A stretch of 64,000 nucleotides of DNA from Rhynchobatus australiae (taxonomy: Eukaryota). A model generated the notes under the pieces. It did not search any database. It was given only the letters and a program-made list of their open reading frames with translations, and was not told where the DNA came from. Position 1 is the stretch's first letter. Each line of letters begins with the position of its first letter. A program made the translations under genes and the position numbers. The stretch is from the NCBI GenBank assembly GCA_034780895.1, contig JAUZTB010000057.1, positions 19,458,506 through 19,522,505 of the forward strand, given 5' to 3'. This document shows, in pieces, positions 52,931-64,000 of the stretch.

Positions 52931-55900
52931 TAGTTGCAGCATGAAGCAAGTTCTAAAATATTTGTTCAGAATCTTTCCATTTCCTTATTTTGCATTATTA
53001 ATTCCCCAGTCTCATACTCAAGGACACCTTGGCTACTTTCTACCTTTTGTATATCATTGTAAAAGCTCTTTCTGTCAGTTTTTGTATTTCTTGCTAGTTT
53101 ACTCTCCTGCTTTGTTTTCTCCCTCATTTTTAGTCATCCTTTGGTGGTTCCTAAGATTTCTTTTCAAATATTATCTCTTGCCACTAATGCTAATGATGCT
53201 GCTTCTCACACAGCTAGGTCTATCACACACCAGCTGTGGAATATATTTATTTTTAGTGAAACTGTTTGAATGACGAGTATGAATATCATCTTAATAGGTG
53301 ATAATTTCTGTAATAGGATAACCCAGCACAATTTGGGGGGACATCCTCCACTACGTAGTGGTTACAGCAAAATGTAGCTCTGCATTCACTTGCACTGTGT
53401 TCAAGACTTGATTAACAACATTAATTGGATACGCAGCCTGGTTCAGTGACTGCTGAATGTTGCAAATGCACGTCACTGATGTCATTTAACAAGAAGAAAT
53501 AAATGTTACTTTTTTAGTAATAATTTGTATTTATAAGGCATCTTTCAATATAGTATATTGTGCAAGAATTGGCAGGATGGAGGAGGGTACAGCATTGGGG
53601 AGGGAGGGATTTTAAAACGAAGCATTGCATGAATGGAATGGTGTGGAATGAACAGTGGGATTTTGGAAAACCTCACGTTTATGGAGAGAAGAGTGAGGGG
53701 TGTCAGCCTGGAATGCTTTGGATGGACAAATCTAGAAGTAACAGAGGGATGGATGAGCGATTCAGCAGCAAGTGGGTTGAGGTAGAGAAGGAGATAGGTG
53801 GTATAGAAGTGAAGTAAGAAATCTTGGTGATGATGGTNNNNNNNNNNNNNNNNNNNNNNNNNNNNNNNNNNNNNNNNNNNNNNNNNNNNNNNNNNNNNNN
53901 NNNNNNNNNNNNNNNNNNNNNNNNNNNNNNNNNNNNNNNNNNNNNNNNNNNNNNNNNNNNNNNNNNNNNNNNNNNNNNNNNNNNNNNNNNNNNNNNNNNN
54001 NNNNNNNNNNNNNNNNNNNNNNNNNNNNNNNNNNNNNNNNNNNNNNNNNNNNNNNNNNNNNNNNNNNNNNNNNNNNNNNNNNNNNNNNNNNNNNNNNNNN
54101 NNNNNNNNNNNNNNNNNNNNNNNNNNNNNNNNNNNNNNNNNNNNNNNNNNNNNNNNNNNNNNNNNNNNNNNNNNNNNNNNNNNNNNNNNNNNNNNNNNNN
54201 NNNNNNNNNNNNNNNNNNNNNNNNNNNNNNNNNNNNNNNNNNNNNNNNNNNNNNNNNNNNNNNNNNNNNNNNNNNNNNNNNNNNNNNNNNNNNNNNNNNN
54301 NNNNNNNNNNNNNNNNNNNNNNNNNNNNNNNNNNNNNNNNNNNNNNNNNNNNNNNNNNNNNNNNNNNNNNNNNNNNNNNNNNNNNNNNNNNNNNNNNNNN
54401 NNNNNNNNNNNNNNNNNNNNNNNNNNNNNNNNNNNNNNNNNNNNNNNNNNNNNNNNNNNNNNNNNNNNNNNNNNNNNNNNNNNNNNNNNNNNNNNNNNNN
54501 NNNNNNNNNNNNNNNNNNNNNNNNNNNNNNNNNNNNNNNNNNNNNNNNNNNNNNNNNNNNNNNNNNNNNNNNNNNNNNNNNNNNNNNNNNNNNNNNNNNN
54601 NNNNNNNNNNNNNNNNNNNNNNNNNNNNNNNNNNNGAGGCTGGGGTTGGGACCAAAGTTTAATTTGGGAAAAATGTGACATCATGGTTGGAATGAGTTTA
54701 AGAGGATGAAATCTAATGGTTAGATTGATTCTAGATCTTCCCTTCTTAATGTTTTAGAAAGTTATTAATATAACTGAAGGAATATGGGGGTAAAAGTTCC
54801 CACATATTGTCCAAAATATGTATTTAAGCAATAAATGTCAATTCATGAACAACCCTGTGATTGTTTGACCCTAAAATTCTCAGCTAGAATCTTCGTGGAA
54901 AAAATCCAATGGAATTACTGAATAGAGTGTGGGTAAATAACCCATCAATAATTCCTAAAACGAAAGAGTGGAAAATAAATGAACTGCAAGTGATAATTTC
55001 TTAGATCTGAAGAAAACAAGCTTTTGCCTGCATCTCTGACCTCTCAGGTTGTCAAGGGTGCTTGTATAACTGCATTATTGGACACTGAGCATTAAGTCTC
55101 ACAATATTGGTCAAAACAACACTCCAGTCCATTCTTATAGGTTAAAAGCCCAATCAAAGTGGAGGCACTATAGAGCAACTTCCTGGGAATATTTGATAAG
55201 TTAACTGAACCAAAATAAGGTAAAATACAACCAGCAAGAAATATATTTTAAAAAAATCAATCAGCCAGTTAATCATATCTTAAATTATTTTGTTGGAAAC
55301 AGCTTCTTTGGTAAAGTACTAAGACAGCATGTCCTGTTAACTGAAGAATTTAGGAACATCCAGCAATTAAAACCAAAGTAAACGGAAAGACATTTGTCAA
55401 CTCATATTTAATTTCAGAAAATGAAGAATGTTTTATTTTACTTTAAATACAAATCAATGTAGTCTTCAGGTGAATGAGTTCCAAGGGGAAGATCTCTATT
55501 TCACAAGGCCCCAAAGTGACTTACAGCCAGTGAAGTCCCTCTGAAGCACAGACACTTTTCAGTATAGGAAGTGCTGCAACCAACACACAAAATCCTGAAG
55601 CAATGNNNNNNNNNNNNNNNNNNNNNNNNNNNNNNNNNNNNNNNNNNNNNNNNNNNNNNNNNNNNNNNNNNNNNNNNNNNNNNNNNNNNNNNNNNNNNNN
55701 NNNNNNNNNNNNNNNNNNNNNNNNNNNNNNNNNNNNNNNNNNNNNNNNNNNNNNNNNNNNNNNNNNNNNNNNNNNNNNNNNNNNNNNNNNNNNNNNNNNN
55801 NNNNNNNNNNNNNNNNNNNNNNNNNNNNNNNNNNNNNNNNNNNNNNNNNNNNNNNNNNNNNNNNNNNNNNNNNNNNNNNNNNNNNNNNNNNNNNNNNNNN

Positions 55901-56894
55901 NNNNNNNNNNNNNNNNNNNNNNNNNNNNNNNNNNNNNNNNNNNNNNNNNNNNNNNNNNNNNNNNNNNNNNNNNNNNNNNNNNNNNNNNNNNNNNNNNNNN
56001 NNNNNNNNNNNNNNNNNNNNNNNNNNNNNNNNNNNNNNNNNNNNNNNNNNNNNNNNNNNNNNNNNNNNNNNNNNNNNNNNNNNNNNNNNNNNNNNNNNNN
56101 NNNNNNNNNNNNNNNNNNNNNNNNNNNNNNNNNNNNNNNNNNNNNNNNNNNNNNNNNNNNNNNNNNNNNNNNNNNNNNNNNNNNNNNNNNNNNNNNNNNN
56201 NNNNNNNNNNNNNNNNNNNNNNNNNNNNNNNNNNNNNNNNNNNNNNNNNNNNNNNNNNNNNNNNNNNNNNNNNNNNNNNNNNNNNNNNNNNNNNNNNNNN
56301 NNNNNNNNNNNNNNNNNNNNNNNNNNNNNNNNNNNNNNNNNNNNNNNNNNNNNNNNNNNNNNNNNNNNNNNNNNNNNNNNNNNNNNNNNNNNNNNNNNNN
56401 NNNNNNNNNNNNNNNNNNNNNNNNNNNNNNNNNNNNNNNNNNNNNNNNNNNNNNNNNNNNNNNNNNNNNNNTGTCCACTGTTTTCATCTTTCTCTTCGTG
56501 CCCCTCATACACACTTTTTCGTGGGTTACTTATTCTTCTCCAATTCTTTCTCAGCCTTTTCCTCATTGTATGTCTGGCCTCCCAATGGCTAAACATCTTT
56601 GTGATTTGCAGGATCCTGCACTGAATTTTGTCTTTGCTAAATGCCAGTGTTATCTGAGATGATGGACATCAAATAAGGACAGTCTAATCGAAACATAATG
56701 TCTAGCTCAGAGGAAACTAATGATCAGGGTGTTGGCGGTGGTGATGTAATGGGGTTTGTGGGAGGGATGGGTAATAAAATCTGGGTTGGTGATTTGATTG
56801 AATGAATGGAGGTGACCTGTACTGATGTGAGGATGCAATCATCAGGAGAGGTATGGATTAGAATCAGCTATTCCATACTTAACAGGTCGAGTGT

Positions 56895-57235
56895 TTATAG
56901 AACTAAGAACAGTACAGCATGGGAACAGGCCCTTCAGCCTGCGATGTCTGTGCTGAACATGATGCAAAATTAAACAAAATCTCTTCTGCCTGCACATGAT
57001 CCATGTCCCTCCATTCCCTGTCTGCTTGTGCACCTATCGCGTCTGCTTCCACCTTTACCCCGGCAGCCCATTCCAGGCACCTGCCACTCTCTGTTTAAAA
57101 AAACTTGCCCCACACATCTCCCTTAAACTTTCCTCTTCTCACATTAAAAGCATGTCCTCTGGTGTTTGCAATTTCTACCCTGGGAAAAAGATTCTGACTG
57201 TCTACCCTGTCTATGCTCCTCATAATTTTATAAAT
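56895..57235 (-). mobile_element. CR1 LINE 3' fragment
   Basis: Closely resembles 12830-13130. Confidence 0.8.
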
Positions 57236-58433
57236 CAGTTTGTCAGCATTCGTTGTTAACTCTCACACTTGAAGACTTTCTTACCAAAGTGAAGTTGGAC
57301 ACAATTTGTACAAGTATGGTTCTGTGAGACGGTTAGTAGCTTCAAAAGAAAATTGGAGGAGAAAATCAAAGGAGTGGAATGACCTAAATATGGTGGTGTG
57401 TGAGCAGGTCAGAGGCTGGGTATTCCCTAGTGAATTCCCTCAAGAATTCCTTTTGACTCCTCAAAGTCTTTACACTTTGGGCACAAAGCAAGAGAGTGGT
57501 GCAATATTCTCCATTTGCCTGGCTGAGTGCTGATTCACCAATACTCCAGAAGNNNNACACCTTCCAGAACAAGGTAACCCACTTGGTTGTCACCCCATTC
57601 ACCACCATTCACTTCAACAACCACTAGCACACCATGGCTGCAGTATATACCAGTTACCAGCACCTCACAAACCTGTGACTTCTAATACCTGGAAGGACAG
57701 GCAGACCAGCAACTCCCAGTCCACAAGCCATTCTGACATGGAAATGTACAGCCATTGTGCCACCAGCCTTGGGTCTGAGGCGTGAAACTCCCTCCCCATC
57801 AATACTACAAGAGTACCTTCACAACACCAATCGTAGTAGTCCATCTTCCCAAGGGCACTTGGGATGGGCAATAAATTCAGGCCTTGTTAGCAAGATCAAT
57901 GGCCCATAAATGAATAAGAAAGAAAAGCAGAATAAAACATAGTGGAAGCCAGTGTCTACTGGTGCTCTAATGTTCTCTTCACCTGGGAAGTGATAAAACA
58001 CATGCAATTATTTTAAAGGAAGTTGTAAATGCAATTGACTGTTGAAACTGCACTTGAAATATTTGTTCCCAATGCTATTCCTATTTAAGGTTGCTCTGAC
58101 GTATCTCACTGAATTTCCAAAGTTTTTCCACAGAAATAGCTTAGAGTGCTAAACCTTAGAACAACAGATTGAGTTACAGCAATTCCATTGTCACAAAATG
58201 CATAAAATGTGGGAATTGAGCCCATATTATGCCACTCTCTTCTGTTATTCTTGTCCTTAAATGTTACCATCAGTGCTTTATAAAACAAATTTTATGAAAG
58301 CATCTTATTGACTTTCACTTTCTTAGTACCCTGNNNNNNNNNNNNNNNNNNNNNNNNNNNNNNNNNNNNNNNNNNNNNNNNNNNNNNNNNNNNNNNNNNN
58401 NNNNNNNNNNNNNNNNNNNNNNNNNNNNNNNNN

Positions 58434-58592
58434 AGGGACATTTAAGAGACTCTTAGATAGACACATGAATGATAGACAAATGGGGAGTTATTCGGGAGGG
58501 AAGGGTTAGTTAGATCTTAGAGCAGGATAAAATGTTGGCACAGCATTGTGGGCCGAAGGGCCTGTACTGCATTGTGTGTTCTACGTTCTATA
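58434..58592 (+). mobile_element. CR1 3' end
   Basis: GGGCCGAAGGGCCTGTACTG followed by TGTTCTA-type tail. Confidence 0.75.
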
Positions 58593-59134
58593 CCACTTGC
58601 GTTGCTCCTTTAGCTATTGGGAATGAGATGAGTGGAGTCCTGAGTCCATCAGACCAGGTACCCTAACACCTGGGAAATGTGATCACCCAGAGGGGAACCC
58701 AACACCACGTTTAAACAGCCACACCATTTTCCTTTCACTGTGTCCTTGGAACATAAAGGGTAGTTAGGAAAAAAAATAAATGATAGAGATGAGTGAGGCT
58801 GCAGCTTAATCTCTTTGTTAACTACTCTGACTCTAGAACATTTGCATTTAAGTAACTTTAGACTTTGTGATAATATACAGGAACCAAACTGAGTGAACTT
58901 TGGGGAATTTTACATCCAGCAGCAAGCACGGGCTGACGTGTCACCTCAAACAGTCACCCTGCGCAGCACTTATCATCATGAGTGTGATCCCACGATGGGA
59001 GCCATACAGTGGTATGAGGACTGTCCGCCAACAGATTTATAAAGCGTAGCCAAATTTTGATTGGTGTTTCAATGGTTTCCTGGTCCCTTGCAACCACTCC
59101 AGGCTTCTCAAGTTCAAATTCATTGGTGCTCTTC

Positions 59135-60205
59135 TCACTGTATCTTTGCACAATTATATTTTGTGTCAGTCACTAAACTCCACATAATCCACATTTCTGC
59201 TGGGTTCAGTTTGTGCACCACAATGAGATCTTTATATAAACATGGATGGAATGCAAATGCATTAGGTACACCAAGTGTATTGAAGCCAATATGTGAGGTG
59301 AGCCTTATCCCCAATTGTAACAGACACATCCCAACAAACACATCATCTATTGGGAAAAGGTCTATTTTGGCTGCTACTTCATACAGACGTAACACAGTTT
59401 TCCTTGACATTATATAACCACCACCTCCAGCATAGGGGGGATATGTTTTATGTTTGTACATGATTTCAGGGATAAAATACTTAATTTTCTTATTCCTTTT
59501 CGGTTTTGCATTGTAAATGACATGCCCAGCCAAAAGGTCCTGATTTGGATCAAGATCCTTGAGATATTCCAACACGTTCATGGTGTTCACAAAAACATCA
59601 TCATCTCCCTTTAAAACAAATTTTGCTGAGTGACAGTCTGTGGCAAACCATTGGAGTAAGTGAATCTCCTTCAATGTCAAGTTGAAAAAGCTGTCCTGGA
59701 AGTCCCATTGAAGGATGTCACCAAACCGCCTGGTTTCATATGCCAACAACTGCTGCAGTGGCTGACCTCGGAAGTCCTTAGTATTGCCCAAAAGAAACAC
59801 CAGTTTGATTTCAACTCCATTCATAAATCCTGCTTTTCCCCAGGTATTTCGAATTGTGATTCGTCTGTCTATGTTGGAAGCTATGGACTTAATAGCTAAT
59901 AGAAGAAACAAGTCTTCAGTGCATTCCTTTGGTTTCAGCAAAGTTTGGAAAGTCCTGCAGTGTTTATATTCCAAGAAGTTCTGGTATACCTTGGGTAGCT
60001 TTGCAGATTGGTTGAAGTATGCTTTATTTGGTAAGCACGGGCTTGTCTCAGTCACATTATTAGTAACTTTAGGAACCAAAGCGCGATGTTTTCTTTCATT
60101 ATCCTTGTCAATTGCTGGTGTTTTACTTTGCCACTTGAAAACCAACAAAACAACTGATGCAGTCAAAGCAATGTATAGTGTTTTCCTTTTTTTCTTTAAA
60201 ATCAT
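59135..60205 (-). CDS. B3GNT4: Beta-1,3-N-acetylglucosaminyltransferase (GT31), type II membrane protein, 356 aa from the first in-frame ATG
   Basis: MILKKKRK plus TM segment; [44 protein letters not shown] (DxD), [27 protein letters not shown]; acceptor cctaccttgcag| puts exon start at 60229. Symbol rests on position tail-to-tail with DIABLO as in human. Confidence 0.85.
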   Translation of the reverse strand: MILKKKRKTLYIALTASVVLLVFKWQSKTPAIDKDNERKHRALVPKVTNNVTETSPCLPNKAYFNQSAKLPKVYQNFLEYKHCRTFQTLLKPKECTEDLFLLLAIKSIASNIDRRITIRNTWGKAGFMNGVEIKLVFLLGNTKDFRGQPLQQLLAYETRRFGDILQWDFQDSFFNLTLKEIHLLQWFATDCHSAKFVLKGDDDVFVNTMNVLEYLKDLDPNQDLLAGHVIYNAKPKRNKKIKYFIPEIMYKHKTYPPYAGGGGYIMSRKTVLRLYEVAAKIDLFPIDDVFVGMCLLQLGIRLTSHIGFNTLGVPNAFAFHPCLYKDLIVVHKLNPAEMWIMWSLVTDTKYNCAKIQ

Positions 60206-60799
60206 TCTGAAAGGACATAGGATCGCACTCTGCAAGGTAGGAAAAGGACACAGAATGATAATGAGAATGAGAATGCTCTCTTATATGTATCAAGAATCTT
60301 AAGTTTCTACGGATGCTTTCCCTTGGGGCTGAAGAATTTTTATACATCACAGATTAATACATTGAATTAAAGTAGTTTATCTTACGTGTATCCTTCAAAA
60401 TATCCTGTCATATTAATGTATGTGCAGCTTTGCAATGACTTAAACATTTCCCACTTCCTTTTCATTTTATGCAAGCATTGCCACAGCAGTGTTAAATCTG
60501 TATTGCAATGTTTGATGATTGTTTTGACAAATGGATTTATGATTCTCCTTTTAGCTTTGGCCAGTGATTGATGAACCTGCTCTGGGTCTCAGATCCTGTA
60601 CAGACCCTACATTTTCCAGCATGCATCTCACACACTGCCGGAGTTCAAGGGCCAATCACTGATGTGGAGAGATTCCGACAAATTATTTTCACAATACTTT
60701 AAAAGGAATGAATTTTCTTCTGAAATACCATCTCAATGGCAAACCATCTAAAATTTAAATATAGGTACAATTATAGTAACAAGAACTAAAACTAATTTA

Positions 60800-61010
60800 G
60801 ACTCAGAGTCACACAGCACAGAAACAGGCCCTTTGGCCCACTGTGTATGTGCTGATCATCGAGCATTAATTTCATTCTCCCCACATTCCCATCAGCTACC
60901 CCCAGACTCTACCACTCACCTATATACTAGGGGCAATTTACAGTGGCCAATGAACCTACCGACTTGCATGTCTTTGAAAGGAAAGCGGAGCACATGGGGA
61001 AAACCCAGTG
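60800..61010 (-). mobile_element. SINE/CR1-tail related element
   Basis: ACAGGCCCTTTGGCCCA and GGAAAGCGGAGCAC (reverse of the V-SINE core). Confidence 0.6.
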
Positions 61011-62726
61011 GGGTAGCACTGCTTGGGAGCACTAGGACAGGCACCAAGAGAATTCACTAAGTTACTCAGCTGACGTTCGAAGCAAGTGTGCTCTCTCAGG
61101 TGGTTATTTCAAAGACAAGTTGTGGAATTCTCCCCTACGTTTAACCTGCAGTCAACATCACCAAAACAGATTATTTGGTCAATGTCATATAATTGCTTTA
61201 GGACTTGCGGTGCACAATACGGCTACTGCACTTCCTGCATTAGATCCTTCAAATTATTTGGCTGTAAAGAGGTTTGGGGTATCCCAAGACTGTGACGAGC
61301 ACAATACAAATATTTCTTTTTAGTCTTTATGTCATTGATAGTAAGAATTAGAATGTGAAGAGTTAATCAATTACTTCAAATAGGTTCCGAATCAGCAAAA
61401 TGACAGCAAGTGGATAAGCCGGACTAGTTTTATGCAGCTAATTTTGTACATACTACTAGCTGGCTGAACTTGTTTTCAAAATAGCCTTTCAAAATTAATT
61501 CCAATTAATACTAAAAAACAAGAATTCTCAGCACTGCCACCTATAAAAATACACTATAATTAATAATAATAGAAATCCAGGATTTTGTAAAAGTTATTGA
61601 AAGAATTAGTTATGCTCAAATAATGCATTAAAATATAAGAAACAGGAGCAGTATAGGCGATTACACACCCTCAAGCTTGCCTGGCACTCAAAGATTGTGG
61701 CTGATCTGATCTTGCCTGTTCCTCATAAGCCTGGACTTCCCCATAGGCCAAAAAAATTCAGTGTGACATTCTAAAGGTCTATCCCAGCCTTGAATATGTT
61801 CAATAACTCAGGCTCCACTGCTGTCTAGGGGAGAGAGTTCCAAAGGTTCACTGCCCTCTGAGAGAAGAAATTCTTTCTTATCTCCATATTAAATGTGAAA
61901 CCTCTAATTCCAAATGAAAGCTTCATGGTGCATTGTATTTATTTAATAGGGTACCCAAGAGATGGTGATGAGTTAGCATTAAAGGTGGTATTGAAGACTC
62001 TATCAAAAATAACTTCAAGAATATTTGTCAATATATTTGTTAGTGATCTCATTTTGTGATGTCATATATAAAATTAATGATGTTATGCTTCTTAGAAGTT
62101 CTAGCAAATGGATCATGAAGTAGATGGGTGCTTTGATTGTACCTATTTTTCTACCAATGTTTGGGTGAAAACATTATTCTTCAATACATTTCTAAACAAT
62201 TAAATCCTGACGGCAAGATAAATATAAAGTGTGTCGTTATCTCCCACAAGAATGATTCAAAGGAAATTGTGCCTCTCAATTTTCCAATTCTTAAAGTAAA
62301 GCTAAATTTATTAAACTTCCCTTGGCCAGCTGCTCTTGGTTTATTTGCAAGGTTGACTCTCCAGAAAGATGGAGCTCAGTCTGAATTCTTCCAATGCCCA
62401 ATTCAATCTTTCTTCATTTCAGGATGAATTAAAAACAATACCATCAATACCATGTCTGTAGTGAAAAACAGGGTACTAATCCATGTTGCCTCAGACAGCT
62501 GTTAGGCAAAATTTTAGCACTGGAGACCGGCTGTATTTTGAGGTCAATCTCCCTTCTGTTTACTGATTGTCTTAAGTTCAAAAGTGTGGCCTAATTCAAT
62601 TCAGTTCTAATAAAAGCATTGCTCTCCCAAATGTTGAAGTTTATGAAAATCTCCTGGGCTATCCAGATACAGCAATCCCTGAGACTGACACCAAAATGTT
62701 TTTTGGGAAATGGGATCTTCTGGGAT

Positions 62727-62975
62727 CCTAGTATGATAAGACAGACCATTGACCTTACAATCTACCTTGTTATGGCCTTGCACCTTATTGTCTACCTGCA
62801 CTGCACTTTCTCTACAACTGCAACACTTTATTCTGCTTTCTGTTATTGTTTTCCCTTGGACTACCTCAATGCTCTATTGTAAGGAAGTGATCTGTATGGA
62901 TGGCATGCAAAACAAAGTTTTTCACTGTACATTGGTACATGTGACAATAATAAAACCAATTTACTAATTTACCAA
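62727..62975 (+). mobile_element. Rex-like LINE 3' UTR
   Basis: Same sequence as the tails at 667-720, 2350-2400, 6365-6580 and 50915-51240. Confidence 0.75.
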
Positions 62976-63299
62976 TCTATGAAATGTAAAGAAAATGAAC
63001 CTTTTGGAAGGAGGTCTCAGAGTGGCCACAGTATCCCACTGTGTAGGCTCCCAGAAAGACCATAAAAATCAAAGCATTTAGATATTAAGGGATATGGGGG
63101 TTAGTGCAGGAAAATGATGATAAGATAAAAAAAAGATCAGCCATGATCTTTTACTTTTGTTGAACTTGACAATAGACGGTTTCATTCAATCCATTGGACT
63201 GTCTTATTTCAATGTTTGATTTAAAACCTACAAAGAATGTCTAGACATTTTACAACATTAAAAGTGTTTTCAGTGTAAGGTGCTGGTCTTTTGTTTGTG

Positions 63300-64000
63300 T
63301 GACCCTCTCTTTAGCTTTTTAACTGTGTGTCCAATAAAACTTCTTAATTTTCAGGATCAAATTCCATTGCTACTTTTCTGCTCAACTGAACCATCTATAA
63401 CATCCTGAAGCTGAAAGCATTCTACCTTACAGTCAAATGCATGAACAATTTTTGTACCACCTGCAAATGTCTTTATCAGGCCCCCTATATTTAAGTTTTA
63501 ATCATTAACATCCACAACAAAAAGCAAGGCACCATGTAATGTGCCTTGTGTAACTCAACTGGTAATAGGCTTCTGGAGACAAAAACACCCATTGACCATT
63601 ACCCTCTGCCTCCTGCCACTGAACCAATTTGGGGCCCACTCACCCTTGGGTCCCTCACACCCTTAGTCTAATTGTCATGTGGAACATTGTCAAAGATGGA
63701 TTGCTGAACTCCATGTAGGCAACATCAAATGCACTTCCTTCCTTCACTCTCCTTGATACCTCTTCAACAAGTTTAATCAAGGTTGTAAGACATGACCTTT
63801 CTTTCATAAGTCCATGGTGATCCATGCATAAAACTGTGCCTTTCTGAAAGAAGGTTTATACTGTCTCTCTCACCATTGATTCCAATAATTTGTCCACCAC
63901 AGAATTTAAACTAACTCACCTATAATTACTGAATTAATTCCTTCCTCTGTTTTTAAACAACAACAAACATTGTCTGTCCTCCAATTGTCCAGCACCACTC
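63300..64000 (-). mobile_element. Decayed CR1 RT fragment
   Basis: Reverse strand carries remnants of NYR, HGLMKERSCL and RVMVNGCF CR1 motifs. Confidence 0.6.

Noticed and set aside
60206-60235. N-terminal extension [10 protein letters not shown] of the B3GNT ORF
   Set aside because: Starts at a TTG inside the splice acceptor; first in-frame ATG is at 60205, though an upstream coding exon cannot be excluded

Overview
Eukaryotic (vertebrate) genomic DNA with many N gaps. The repeat content (CR1, Rex/Babar, RTE and Penelope-like retroelements, V-SINE-like elements) suggests a cartilaginous fish; this is inference. Three known genes can be rebuilt by hand in the human 12q24 order: VPS33A (+, 13 coding exons, 6967-25197), DIABLO/Smac (+, 6 coding exons, 45035-50548, intact AVPI IAP-binding motif) and a GT31 beta-1,3-GlcNAc-transferase, B3GNT4 by synteny (-, 59135-60205). 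Two things stand out. (1) Between VPS33A and DIABLO, inside a ~4 kb CpG-retaining and largely repeat-free domain, lies a candidate spliced gene for a 50-aa membrane microprotein (33871-34023), too short for the ORF track. (2) An intact, isolated 155-bp Na+/K+-ATPase alpha exon sits in VPS33A intron 1 next to a gap, either a misjoin or a captured exon. Also noted: a GC-AG intron in VPS33A, CLEAR/CRE motif clusters in the promoters, and a templated inverted insertion in a LINE. Repeat boundaries are approximate.
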